A DNA stretch of 64,000 bases from Perkinsus olseni (lineage: Eukaryota): assembly GCA_013115125.1 (NCBI GenBank), contig JABANN010000105.1, positions 1 to 64,000 on the forward strand, given 5' to 3'. The notes below the pieces were generated by a model. It was not told the origin of the DNA. It was given only the letters and a program-made list of their open reading frames with translations, and did not search any database. Positions 24,756 to 35,942 of this stretch are shown here, in pieces (within the stretch, counting starts at the first letter, position 1; the number at the start of each line of letters is the position of its first letter). A program made the translations under genes and the position numbers.

Positions 24756-25767
24756 TATTCTACGCTTTCACTGGTTCTCTGAGCTTGAGGTTGCTACGTT
24801 GAAAACTGGTCTAATCCGCGAGACCTCTGCTAGTTTCGGCAAAACCTGTAAATCAAAACGTTGTATGCTTATCTGAGAGAGAACTTTTGCCTCGAGCTGT
24901 CACAGACTTTGTGACACAGAGTAGAAATACGTCCGTGACAGACGGACTAATTCTAGGATCGGAATCCGATATATCGATCAAGTCGAGCAAAGAAGGTTCC
25001 ACTACTGTTCCTCCTGGTCGCTCTCATAGTCAACCCAACACCTTGGTGCTGACCAATCACCGAATCGTCGGTGATTGGCCGAAGCGCAGAAGTATTGCAG
25101 TAATTCGCGATGCCGGGGAGCATAACGCAAGACACGACCAGTTGCTAATAAAGGCGCCCTTTGAGAGGGTACGCACTACTGAGACGGTATGATTCAGTGC
25201 TACGTCAGTCACTTCAAAGAAGAGAAGACGAAAAAGGACGAACCATGCTTCCTTGGGTGAGACCCGAGTGTGGCCAGTGCCGTCTGGCTGCTTACAAAAT
25301 TCACCCACGCATGACGCAGGTGGAGACGGACGTGCGGCAAACGGGCCCAACACTGTTGGGCCAACAGTGAGAAACGAGAAGTCCAGCGAATTATTCTCGG
25401 CATGGCATTGCCGTCTAGACTGTCACAAAGCGGCTGCATACCAAAATGGCGATGAAACTCTGCGAGACCACCAATAATCTTTCCGGTAAAGCAGCGCACA
25501 TCGTTCATATTTCATCACAGAATCGAAAAGGCAGTACCAGGCAAAAGATATCTCTTGATGGCGGATTGATAACGATGACTCAGACTCTGAATGACAAGGG
25601 GGACGTCTAAGCAATCTATTGCCATACTCTAGAGCCAAATGTATACAGAGAACAACCACCTGTCGTCGGATACCGCTACAGAAACTCCGAGACGGAGTCT
25701 CCGTCGGACTACAGAAAAACAGACCACTGACTGCTCACCACTCAGATACTCAACGTAAAGAACAGGT

Positions 25768-26589
25768 CTAGTTGGCGATCCTGTCGAGAGGCAAGAGTAC
25801 TGAATTCCGGCCCGGTATCAAATAAGGCACGTAGATCCTGTCCTCGTTTGCGAAGATTATCCCTTGAAAGAAAAAGTCACGATCTTCGTATCCGCAGAGA
25901 CCAAATACCTGCTTTTGGAAGGTCGCAAGAGAACTTTCTTCAGTATCCGCCACGGTGTACGTCCTAGCTTGGTCAATGAAGACTTCATTCAAGCTGAACT
26001 CTGCTTCAACGCTATCAAGTCCGCGACAACCGACGTTCATTTCCACAGTCCCATCAGAGAAGACAATGTAGGTTAACTTGTTGAGATCACCCGTGGTCTC
26101 ACGATATCTGAATACTCCCGGAGACAAAGGGAAGGTATTCCAGTGAAACCCCAGCTCTCGGCCTCGAAACCGAGCGTAGGCAATTCCACCATCGAAGAAA
26201 CTGAGATCAGTCAAATCTCCTGCCTCAAGCTCAACGCTTGAGAGGAGGAGTGAGACCGGTTCAAGGAAACTGCGCTTCCCACCAGGGCCGCTGCCTTCAA
26301 AGTCGACAGTGTAATTCGAGAACAGGAATCCATCTGGCTCAAGTTGTGCATGCACTTCTTTGAGTGGATATGATTCACCGCTTGAGCGTCGCCCTGGACG
26401 TCCTGGACGCCCGTCACTTCGAGCCGGGCGTGCTGGACGCTCGACAGTTAGGCTGACTTCACCGGCATTGTCCACAACGTAGGTCAGAGTGAAGCGTAGT
26501 CCTTCGTGTGTGAATGTGCCAGAGCGTTGGCATGTCGTGGTTACAAAAAGTTGGGTAACGATCAGACTGGTCGAGAAGAGGTTCATCAT
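25768..26589 (-). CDS. Intronless putative secreted protein, apparently two similar beta-rich halves, lineage-specific
   Basis: 273-aa ORF with signal-like N-terminus MMNLFSTSLIVTQLFVTTTC. The halves GTFTH..LTYVVDNAGEV and GVFRY..LTYIVFSDGTV resemble each other. Confidence 0.7.
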   Translation of the reverse strand: MMNLFSTSLIVTQLFVTTTCQRSGTFTHEGLRFTLTYVVDNAGEVSLTVERPARPARSDGRPGRPGRRSSGESYPLKEVHAQLEPDGFLFSNYTVDFEGSGPGGKRSFLEPVSLLLSSVELEAGDLTDLSFFDGGIAYARFRGRELGFHWNTFPLSPGVFRYRETTGDLNKLTYIVFSDGTVEMNVGCRGLDSVEAEFSLNEVFIDQARTYTVADTEESSLATFQKQVFGLCGYEDRDFFFQGIIFANEDRIYVPYLIPGRNSVLLPLDRIAN

Positions 26590-27060
26590 GGGGAGAGTGA
26601 GGTTGCTGTTACGAAAGAAGCTACAGAGAGAGACTGACTCGAGAGCGATGGTACGACTACTTCTTCGAAACAGAGCTGACGGCGAATCTCTCTGGCACTA
26701 TCTCAAGAGTGTCAATGAATCAGAGTCATGGCAGGCAATGTAAGCAGCCGTATCCTTCGAGCGTACTTCGTGAGCGAAGTGCGATCATTTGTGAGTATTT
26801 CCATAGCCTATGTACGCAAGTGCGAAGCTAACAACGCTATTTGCACACGTGCGAAGACAGCGATTGTCTCCAGTTTTACGGGAATGCGACTGGCTCAAAA
26901 GAAGGAAGCCCCACGGAAGTACGGCGCATAGCACGCACCACAGATCTACTCCAAAGAGAGCTGGAGTGGAGCGAAGGATCGGTAGAAGCACATCTTCGGA
27001 GTATTGCTCTTGGGAGCTTGCTGCCAAATTGGCAGTACCAATTGGCAGTGTCAATGAGTA

Positions 27061-27347
27061 TGCACTATAGTGACAACATAGTGACGCCTATAGTGTTAGC
27101 TATGTTACAGCTACAGCCTGGTTCAGTACTATTCAGCTCTTAGTTTGCTGCCACTGCGTACTATTAGTATCAGATAACCATCTGACCTTACTATGCACTT
27201 TGCACTAGCGTCCATGAGTATACGTGCTACACTAAGCTTAGCGTAGCGAGCTGTAAATCACATTATTACTTAGCTCCCATCTAGGCCATTTTCTACCTTT
27301 CTTTGAGCCCCGTCTCAAGTAGCCACACTGTACTGAGTTATAGTGCA
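27061..27347 (-). mobile_element. TGCA element, intact copy with an AGTA 4-bp TSD
   Basis: Reverse complement aligns end to end with 23649-23934; flanks gAGTA|TGCAC...GTGCA|AGTAg. Confidence 0.85.
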
Positions 27348-27843
27348 AGTAGCAACCCTCGAGCTCTCTGGGTGCGTCACGGTGACGCTGTCCCGCAGCT
27401 ACCCTGAGCGGGGCACGTCGACTAGCGCAGTAAGCTGAGTATCCCTCCCTCGGAGAGAAGAACCAGCTTGCTGGGTATAGAAGGGCGTGATTAGGAGTGA
27501 TGCTAGCATGTGCGTGAGCATCGCCATCAGTGGTCTCAACTTGAGGCTCTCGAGAGCGTGAAGGCTTATGGCACGGGCACGTCAATCCCACACAGTATGG
27601 GCCACAGTCACTGTGGCGCAGTGTGGCACTGAGTGACTAGGGCACTTTTCTGTCCTCCCCTGAAAGCATCACTGGGCCGTCGGCTTCCTTGATAGACGAT
27701 ATGATGTTTTCGGCTTACCGCTGGTAAGTTACCAGCTACAGTGAGCCCACCCTTACCAACCAATGCGCGACATTCTCCCTACTGGCGAGTCTCAGTGGGC
27801 ACGGTTTTGGCGTGACGTCGAGGCGGGGACAACCCTGCCGGTA

Positions 27844-28149
27844 TGCGCTATGGTGACAACATATTGACGACTATGCTTTGCAAAACCTACCAACAGCTTC
27901 GTACTGCTCAGCTTCTAGACTATTATCACTGCAATAATTGCGATGCAATTTTCTTTACTGCTACTGCGTATCATTTGTCTCAGATAACCATCTGAACTCA
28001 TTCTGCGCCTTGCGCTCGCGTGCATGAGTATGTGTTCTACAATCTAGAATCTAGAATCTAGATTACGCTATCGATCCCCTCGTCCCCCTAAATCCTCTTT
28101 TCCCATCTTTTCTGCCTCGAATACCCACGCGGTACTGAAATGTAGTGCA
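27844..28149 (-). mobile_element. Degenerate TGCA element copy, part of a direct duplication ~23990-24670 vs ~27844-28390
   Basis: Shares ..TTTACTGCTACTG..CATCATT..CTCAGAT..CC with 24080-24120. The downstream AAGGATCT.GGTGTGCGAAGGTTGTGAGGA block is also duplicated. Confidence 0.65.
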
Positions 28150-28850
28150 GTAGTAGAAGCAGCTCCTTTTTTCGAAGGCTACTCTCGGGCTATTCCACTA
28201 CACGACAGTCTCGTAAGGATCTCGGTGTGCGAAGGTTGTGAGGACCATGCGCTCTCGCATGTGTTGTACAATAACAACTTGAGTGTGAGCTTAAAGTCGG
28301 AACCGGCTGGATCGTACTCTCATCGGCGCGCTCGGCTCCCGAGAGCGTTCTCTGCACGTATCGATATGTAGTGATTATCATTCGGCTTACGGAAGAATTT
28401 TCTTAGGGACATCTGTTGGGCCTGAGAAGCTCCCTTTCTTCGTGGAAGAAAGGTAACAGTGGAAATGTACAATGGGAGCAAATGCGGCATGATTAGCATT
28501 TGAAATGCTTCGACTATGCACCGAAGGGCTCTCCGATCTATCTCGACTCGGGGGCCACGGTAGTCCTTGTGTCCACTGGCTACCGCGGCCCCTGTCGAAC
28601 TTTCTCGGCGTATCTTCTGTGCATGCGTGCTGGGAATCTTTTGGGTATCTTCCGTTTCACTTTGAGAAGGTTAGACTCACTCGGGTGGCCCGGATCGCAA
28701 GTAAGGATTTTCTCGCTCTTCACCGTTTTCAGGATTCACTGTTATCAGTCGCACCGGACTCCTTCACGTACCCTCGCCTCCCAGGGACCGATTCCAAAAT
28801 CAGTCGCAGTCAGCGCTTGCTTTGTATAGTATCTGCCCTCCCTGTTCCCC

Positions 28851-29320
28851 ATGCTCGCCTCTATTATCGCCCTTCTGTTCTCCACTGTCGTGGGTCTCCG
28901 ATCTATTCAAGATTGCTCCTATGGGACTACTTACTGTCGCCAGGTAGGCCGCTGGTCAGGTCTTGTTGGGTTGTCTGGATTCCCTCAGATGTATGACACT
29001 TACAAAGACCCCTCGGACACTGCAGGGGCGGAAGCATTTGAGGCCAAGGGGACCTACTGCAAGCCGTGGCAGTTTGTTGGGAACGAGCTCGGCAGTGTCT
29101 GCTACGGCCTAGCCTGGACTAATGATCTAGATTCAACGATCTGCTACCATAGTGAGAGCTCATGGGTAGAAGGCAGTCTGTATAGCGCTCAACTTCAGGC
29201 GGAAGCTCCCAGGACTGCGATGGACTTCCAGTTAGCTGCTCCTGCACAGAGCCCACCACTACCACAACTACCTCGACTTCTACTGCCCCTCCTAGTACCA
29301 CGACTGAACCTCTCACCTGA
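28851..29320 (+). CDS. Secreted Cys-rich protein with a Thr-rich mucin-like tail, 3 exons (28851-28943, 28989-29151, 29199-29320)
   Basis: Signal peptide MLASIIALLFSTVVG. The spliced product reads ..TYCKPWQ..VCYGL..ICYHSGSSQDCDGLPVSCSCTEPTTTTTTSTST..*; both introns are canonical GT-AG of 45-47 nt. Confidence 0.75.
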
Positions 29321-29942
29321 TTTTAATGTATGTGCTGTCAAGCCCGTCTGGGAAACAGGCGTATATAGGCTGTAAAATACGGCCAAGACAAGTATATCTT
29401 GATATAAAGTCATGTTATGTCCATCGGACTCTGGTGATCGGAGCAAGGCTCTCGTAGTTTTTCCATCCATCGATTCATTCCGTGAACCAGGGACTTGAGT
29501 TCAGAAGTTAGTGTTGCTTTGCCCTGTTGCTGATTGCCGAAGAAGTCATGGCTGTGAAGTTGTTTTTCGTGGCGAGGATGGTGTGCTAACGCATCAAGCT
29601 TTGCCTGGGACTCGTCTAGATTTTTTGGGAGCAATTAATGGACCTCTAGTGTGCTGGTGATGAGAGTAAAGGTGATCGCGCGAAACCACATGGTCCGCGA
29701 GTTCATCCTGTCAAGGGGAATCGGCGAAGGATGTGTCCAAAAGGGAGCTCTCCAAACATCATCTGAAGTTATCATCTACTGTATACGGCATCTCTATGGT
29801 CCTCGATAGAGGTATCACTACGGCATGCCGATGGACACATACTTCGATGGGGTTATCCTATGATAGATGAGAGGTTGCTGGACTCGCTACTACAGCTGCA
29901 TCCAACGGACTGAGGGAAGATACTCGGGTCGTTCAATAGACA

Positions 29943-30294
29943 CGGGGTGTTCAATAGTCGAGGCCAAGTTCGATCCCAGGAGGGCTCTTAAAGAGCGCTT
30001 TTGAAGAGCGTTCCTGGAATTGTGTTCAATAGACTCGCTCTTGAAACTTTGCAGGAGCGCTCCCGGGAGCGAACTCAATTGTCGTTCAATAAACCCGCTC
30101 TTGAAAAGCGCTTTCCAAGAGCGCTCCTGCGACCTTTGTCTGCATCGCTCCATCGAACTGTATTGAACACGTTCGGGAGTGATCCTGAGATCACTCCTGG
30201 AAGCGCCCCTGAGGCAGATCTTTTGAACAAGATCTGGGAAACTTCGCTCCTGGGAGCGCTCTCGAGTTTCAGGAGAGGTCTATTGAACACCCCG
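29943..30294. mobile_element. MITE with 15-bp TIR CGGGGTGTTCAATAG and a 3-bp TSD (ACA)
   Basis: aca|CGGGGTGTTCAATAG...CTATTGAACACCCCG|aca, with internal GAGCGCTC and GTTCAATA repeats; a related short copy lies at 56995-57106. Confidence 0.8.
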
Positions 30295-30555
30295 ACAGAT
30301 CCTGAAACTGGTCACTCGTTTCAGAGCAGGTTCGAGAAATTTCGAAACCATTCCTATGAAAGCAGTTCTAAAAGCAGTTTTGAGAATACCGTTCTAACAA
30401 TGGCTTTGGCTATGTATGTCGGGTTGTTGATGAGTCGTCATTCATCAGTCATCACTGACGACTGATGAAATCGCGAGTGATGAATTTCGGGCGAGCGCTG
30501 ATTTAACTGCGCTCTGATTGTTCAGAGCATCGAGTTCATTCGTTTTGCTTTCTCA

Positions 30556-31695
30556 ATGGCAAATAGCAAGGTAGAGGCAGCCGTTAGCACTGTGTGCGAG
30601 GCCGCCACTGATCTCGGCTGGCTTCCGGATAAAGATACCATCAGCCGACTGGAATACAAGGATGTCAAGGAGCATCCTTTCCGCTTCTACAGAGACTTCA
30701 TATCGCAGAATCGGCCCGCTGTCATCACCGGCGTGACCCGGGCTTTGGGAATCGACAAAGTGGATTGGAGCACTGCAATCGACGCTGACAGAAAAGTTAG
30801 CGTGAACTTCACGCCCAACGGCATGGCCGATGCTGTTTTGGAAAACAAGGTCTTTGCCAAGCCCTGTGAGGAGAAGATACCGTACGGGGAGTTCTGGGAG
30901 TACATAACGTCGCGACGAGAGGACCGAGGCGTCCCGTATCTCAGCCATCAGAACGACTCACTAAGGCAGGAGATTCCGGAGCTGATAGGGAAGTATGTTC
31001 CTGAGAGAATTGAGTGGTTGGACGAGAGCCTCGAGACCAAGGTGGATGCGGTAAACCTTTGGATAGGAGATGAGCGCTCTCACTCCTCGACTCACTCGGA
31101 CTTCTACGAGAATATTTATTGTTGTCTAAAGGGCCGTAAAGTCTTCAATTTGCTGCCGCCTTGTTTCCTACCGCAAGTAGGAGAGGGTCGGTTCCCAGCA
31201 GCGACGTATCATCGTCAAGATGACGGAGCCTTGGAGCTCCAGCCTGAAGCCGAGGATGTGGTGTGGGTGTTGAAGGAGGCCGAGGACCTGGCGGAATGCC
31301 TGACGGTGGAACTGGAGGCGGGCGACGCGATCTATCTGCCCAGCTTGTGGCTACACTCTGCCACGCAGAATTGTCTCACGGTTGGTGTTAATTATTGGTA
31401 CGACATGGACTTCGACGTGAAGTACTGCTATTACTCCATGGTCCGAGCTCTGATGCCCTCACCAGCGCTAGCAGTGAAGAGCTGGCCTGAGGAGGAGGTC
31501 CGTACCTGGTTCAAGACGCACTTCCCGGAGATCGAGTTGCCCGAAAAATTCTATGCACTCGACGGTCAGGGTTTGATGGACTTGGCGGATGATCCGGAGT
31601 TTTCTACAGAAGAGAAATTGCGGTTTATGGGCCTGGAGGACCAGTCCGAGATCGCGACAGTTGCAGGAGGCATTCGGACGCTGTTGGAAGAGTGA
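30556..31695 (+). CDS. JmjC/cupin-8 protein (JMJD7-like) with a C-terminal SAM-like domain, intronless
   Basis: FYRDFISQNRPAVI, TPNGMAD, YLSHQNDSL, AVNLWIGD, THSDFYEN (H-x-D), YLPSLWLH, VNYWYDMDF; tail VKSWPEEEVRTWF..LDGQGLMDL. Confidence 0.92.
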   Translation: MANSKVEAAVSTVCEAATDLGWLPDKDTISRLEYKDVKEHPFRFYRDFISQNRPAVITGVTRALGIDKVDWSTAIDADRKVSVNFTPNGMADAVLENKVFAKPCEEKIPYGEFWEYITSRREDRGVPYLSHQNDSLRQEIPELIGKYVPERIEWLDESLETKVDAVNLWIGDERSHSSTHSDFYENIYCCLKGRKVFNLLPPCFLPQVGEGRFPAATYHRQDDGALELQPEAEDVVWVLKEAEDLAECLTVELEAGDAIYLPSLWLHSATQNCLTVGVNYWYDMDFDVKYCYYSMVRALMPSPALAVKSWPEEEVRTWFKTHFPEIELPEKFYALDGQGLMDLADDPEFSTEEKLRFMGLEDQSEIATVAGGIRTLLEE

Positions 31696-31828
31696 GCCCT
31701 GACGGTTGTGTGTTCCTACCATAAGCCCGTCGACGGGCTCATAGAACATTTTCCGTTCATGTCGAGGAGTTGAGCTTAGCGGTTTTTTCGGCTTACTCGA
31801 AGTTTCAGTTCTACTTTTACCAGGCCCC

Positions 31829-34800
31829 ATGGTGATTGATGACAGTGATAACGCCGTCCACCGTCCGTCACGGGATGACCTTGCTCAGGGTGAGATCTGA
31901 GGCCCGTCGACCTCTGCTGTAGGCGATGCAGGTATGCACTCGAGTGGTACCAGCTTCTATCGCGCCCACAGCACTTCGTCGCGGTCCTTCGCCACGGGTA
32001 ATAGGGAAAGGTGTGGTATGGCTGGGCAAAGCTGGCATCGCTCCACTTATTATCTGTCGTCCGTCTTCCATTTCGAACCGAGCTCCCTAGCCTTACCTTG
32101 GTTCATCGCGCTGACAGCGAGCATGCCATTCAGGCGGTACGATGTCGTCCTCTGTCTTGACTAATCCGTGGGCGAGAGCTGAGCAGAAAAGGTGCAGTCC
32201 CGAGCAGATCGACCTCATCATGCGGCAATTCTCGGTGAGTGGCCAGCCCTGTCCCCTCTCCCTCCGCCAGCCGAGAGACCCTTCAGACGCTGCGGTGTAT
32301 TTTGGGTTCCATTGGCCGAAGGGGCGGTCGTGAGGGCAAACAAATGCGTAGCGAGATCGAGGCCATCTACGACGCTATGTAGTGCCAGGCGTGGGGCTCT
32401 CGTTGCAGAAAGACAGGGCTGCTCTCTCTCTAGGTACGAAGCGGTTGCTTCTATGGAATTTGGCTTTTTCGAGCGCTTTTCTGAAAAGCAAGTGCGAGAT
32501 ATAGTCAAAGTGCTGCAGGTAATGAGGAGGGCTGCCTTCGTAGCACGATGGGAGGAGCCAGCAACGTAGCCCCCTCGCCACTGGTCACTGCTGAGCTCGG
32601 AGGATTCCTCATCCTCTTCGTCTCACGAGCTCTCCCTAGATACGTCGCATGCGGGAAGGAGATGTGGTGTGTCACAAGGGCGAAGAAGGCCATGAGTTTT
32701 ACCTCATATTTCGTGGCGCGGTGAAAAGTTTCTTGGCGCTGCCCTGCTCCATAGTCTGTCGTCTCAAGGTTGATATTTACCCCGAGCCCAAGGAGCCGCC
32801 AGTGACGTCCTTCGTTGCCGGTGATTCCTTCGGAGAGCTGGCCTTGATCCACGATGCCCCGCGGGCTGCAGCTGTGGTGTGCCAGACTGACTGCACCTTT
32901 GGTGTCCTCCATCGCGTGCCCTTCATACGAGCTACGTCGCCGCAGAAGTAAGCCCATCTCTCTCGGTGGTCGGAGATAGGGCTTGACACTACCTTCGTTT
33001 CGGTTGCTTCGCTCCGCCGCAAAGAAGACACCCGATTCGGTTCGGGCTCGACGCCGATTTCGGTTCTGACTGGCTGCGCTCCCCTTTTTCAGAGTACTGG
33101 TGGAGAGCCGCATCGTGGACTTCCTATCCTCGTGTAGCCCCTTCTGTTGCATTCACACTCGGAAGCTGTGGAAAAGCATAGGTGGGCTGTACCGTCTCCC
33201 GGCCGTCGCCATACCACAACTTGACGAACTCATCAGATACCTGGAGTCAGAAGAGGTCCCTTCCAGGAAGATGCATTTATCGATCTCGGAGTCCGTGGAT
33301 GCCAATCGAAAGCCAGGGGACAGATGAGGCCTATGATGGCGATGTATTCATGGGGTGGGTTGGAGCTGTGCAAGGGAATCTTTCAGGTTGACATGACCTC
33401 TGAGTTCCGCTGGTCGGAGCAGTCCTTTGAAGTCGGTAAGGTTCCTTGTGATGCGTGGGGATCTAACCCGGGTTCTCGTAGGGCCAGGGGATGCGCCGGT
33501 GCCCTTCATCCGGGTCACCGAACCGGAGCTCACGCCTCTGCCGTTCTTCGTGGTCATGAGAGGGAAGGTAAGGCGCCAGCCTCGCCACATTCTTTGAGGG
33601 GGGCGACTAATGATCGATCGTTAAAGATTCCGATTGCACTGCCGTTTCTCGACAAGGAGCCGGTACTGATAGAAACCCCTACGAATTCACCGGTGGTCAT
33701 TCTTATATCCTTGGAGATGTTGGAATGCATGGAGATGCTGGCGTTGTCGGCAGCTATCAATTACTCAGAATGGACGCCCTGTCCAGGGTCCGAGTTCGAC
33801 TCCCAGGTGCGGGTTCATGGTACAATAGCGATCCACGGCAAGCTGGCTGCAACTTGGAAGTCTGATGAGGGAGAGGGGCGAGAAGGGATCAGCTTTAGCT
33901 CGGAGGACTGCGTTGACTCTGATGCAGTGGGTTTGGGCTTCGTTGTGAACTACACCATTTCCCGATCAATAAAATTTTTTCCAGCTGATTTCAAAGGGCA
34001 TGGAAAACCGATTTTTATTTCAAAAAAGTTTTCATCCACTTTGAATATTCAAGCAAATTTGAAACAACTCATGTCACGCATATCGAATCTCGCTTTCCAT
34101 GCTGTTGAACAAGGTTCGCTCATGAATTTTGATTCGGTGACGTCGCGAATTGGGTTTGACGACGACTTGAATATTCCAGTTTGGTGACACTCGCCATATT
34201 GCTATCAAAATCGTCTGAGTTGACCGAAGAAAGATTTAGTTTGATCGGGAAATGGTGTGTGTGGGGAGGAGCACTCGGAGCTGTGGATACCGTTTAAAAC
34301 TCTCTGCATTGGAATGTTGATTATTCTTGTTATTGTCATACCAAAATTCCGTCAACTTTCGGTATTCTCGAAGCAATACATGTTCTTAGTAGTTTCCCAA
34401 CGCTATCGATAGGCTCGGTACCCTAGCCAAGTCTCTCCGGCCTCTGCATAGAGGGTCCTCGTCCAGTGGTTGAGCGTGGCCACCCATCAGGCAGATGGTG
34501 TATCCGGGCGTGGTTGTAGGTACGAGTGTTCGAGAATATCCCCCTATTTGAACTGTCCCAGGGAATGTTCTACGGTCAAGGGGAGTATCTCCTAGGGCCT
34601 CAGGCTAGACAGGTGCGCCTCTCGAAGTGATGGCTGTCGATAGTCCTGCTCTCCCTGTCGTCACGGTAGTAGTCACCACCAAATTCGTTAGAAGTTGTGG
34701 CAAATTTTCTGACCGATAATTACCATCCCAAGTGCTCCCCAGAGGGACGGTGAAGGAACCGTACGACGGTCCACTGGTTTAATACGGAGTCGTGTTTTTC

Positions 34801-35824
34801 GCGGATCGGTCAACCGCCCTGCCTGCCGGATTTCTTGAGGCGTCCTCCGCCTCAGATCCTTTCCAACGTCTCGCTGTCCAATCTCGCGGTGGAAGCGGTG
34901 GAGGATTGCCAAACGCTGGCGATGGACAGATCACACTTTGATGCCCTCTGCCAGTACGAGGCCGAGTTCCTGTAAGTGTAGTCTTATGGGGGAATCCGAG
35001 GTCGACCCATGGAAGATACGGAGAGGTTGCACGTCTGTGTTGTCAGCGAGAGTATGAGGAGTGTATCCCAGTCGTTGAATGCCCTGGAGAAGGAGCACCT
35101 GCTGCAGATCATCGCGTTACTCGATCGAGTACGGGCTTCCCCTTCATCGTGCGCATGCGTGCAACCTTGGTCCTCTCAGGCTGATTTTGATAGGAAATCC
35201 TCCCACTACATGTTGCGGATCATGAATATAGTCCACGGCACTTCGGAGTTCTGGGCCTCCATACCGGATTTCGCCCAGGCAAGAACTCTTCCTTTCAACT
35301 CGGAGCTCGCGGACAGGTTTGGTCTTATCGTTCTTCGGCGTTTCTGAGTCCCGGATGTCGTCTTGTCTCGCCGTTGGCTTATGGCGGGATGACTTTGGGG
35401 AGGCAACTGTCTGTATTTGCTCGGGTCTTGGGTTCGGGGAATTCCAAAGCGCAAGGTCTTGGTCCGAAGGAGGCTAGATTCGAAGGAGAGGCGGATGGTT
35501 GGTGACGCTTCGCAACAATCATGATGAGATAATACACTTGACGAGCAAGTTTGGATTAACATAGGAATTTAGGAATTGCAAATCGCATGTGCATTAACGA
35601 GTTGGAATTTTCAATACCTTGAATGCCGCTTTGAATGTCGTTTTGTATTCGGCGATAGCTGCAGTCCAGTCACCTTGTGGTGTTTCATTCAGGTGGCCCA
35701 GCGGTCTATGAAGGAGCGCAATCGTGTGGCGTTATCCCTGAAGATCGCAGATAAGGTTGAGCATGCAAATGACGAGATGAGAGGATACGTTGTGAAGCAG
35801 TGGCTTCGCAAGGCCCTCAGTTGA
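31829..35824 (+). CDS. Multi-exon cyclic-nucleotide-binding domain protein (two CNB domains)
   Basis: GDVVCHKGEEGHEFYLIFRGAV..GDSFGELALIHDAPRAAAV; second degenerate CNB FFVVMRGK/VRVF..LFELSQGMFYGQGEYL. Both ends are approximate. Confidence 0.8.
33953..34257. mobile_element. Intronic MITE with 17-bp perfect TIRs
   Basis: ta|CACCATTTCCCGATCAA ... TTGATCGGGAAATGGTG|tg, with an AT-rich interior, inside the ~950-nt intron of the CNB gene. Confidence 0.75.
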
Positions 35825-35942
35825 GCTGTTCCACGCTTGTTGTGATCGGTGTTCCGTGAACTGCATCGCGTGTAGTGTTCAGAGTGGTGGGGGCGGAGCG
35901 AAGCGATACAGGAATCCGCATTTTCACTACTCTGTAGGCTCG

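Noticed and set aside
23649..27347. Pack-MULE-like composite transposon carrying the 273-aa gene
   Set aside because: Each flanking unit has its own termini and its own different TSD; there is no shared outer TSD.
30001..30465. 154-aa ORF
   Set aside because: Runs through the repetitive MITE; no ATG start and no protein-like motifs.
33324..34187. 287-aa ORF
   Set aside because: Spans introns of the CNB gene and an intronic MITE, out of frame with the real exon.
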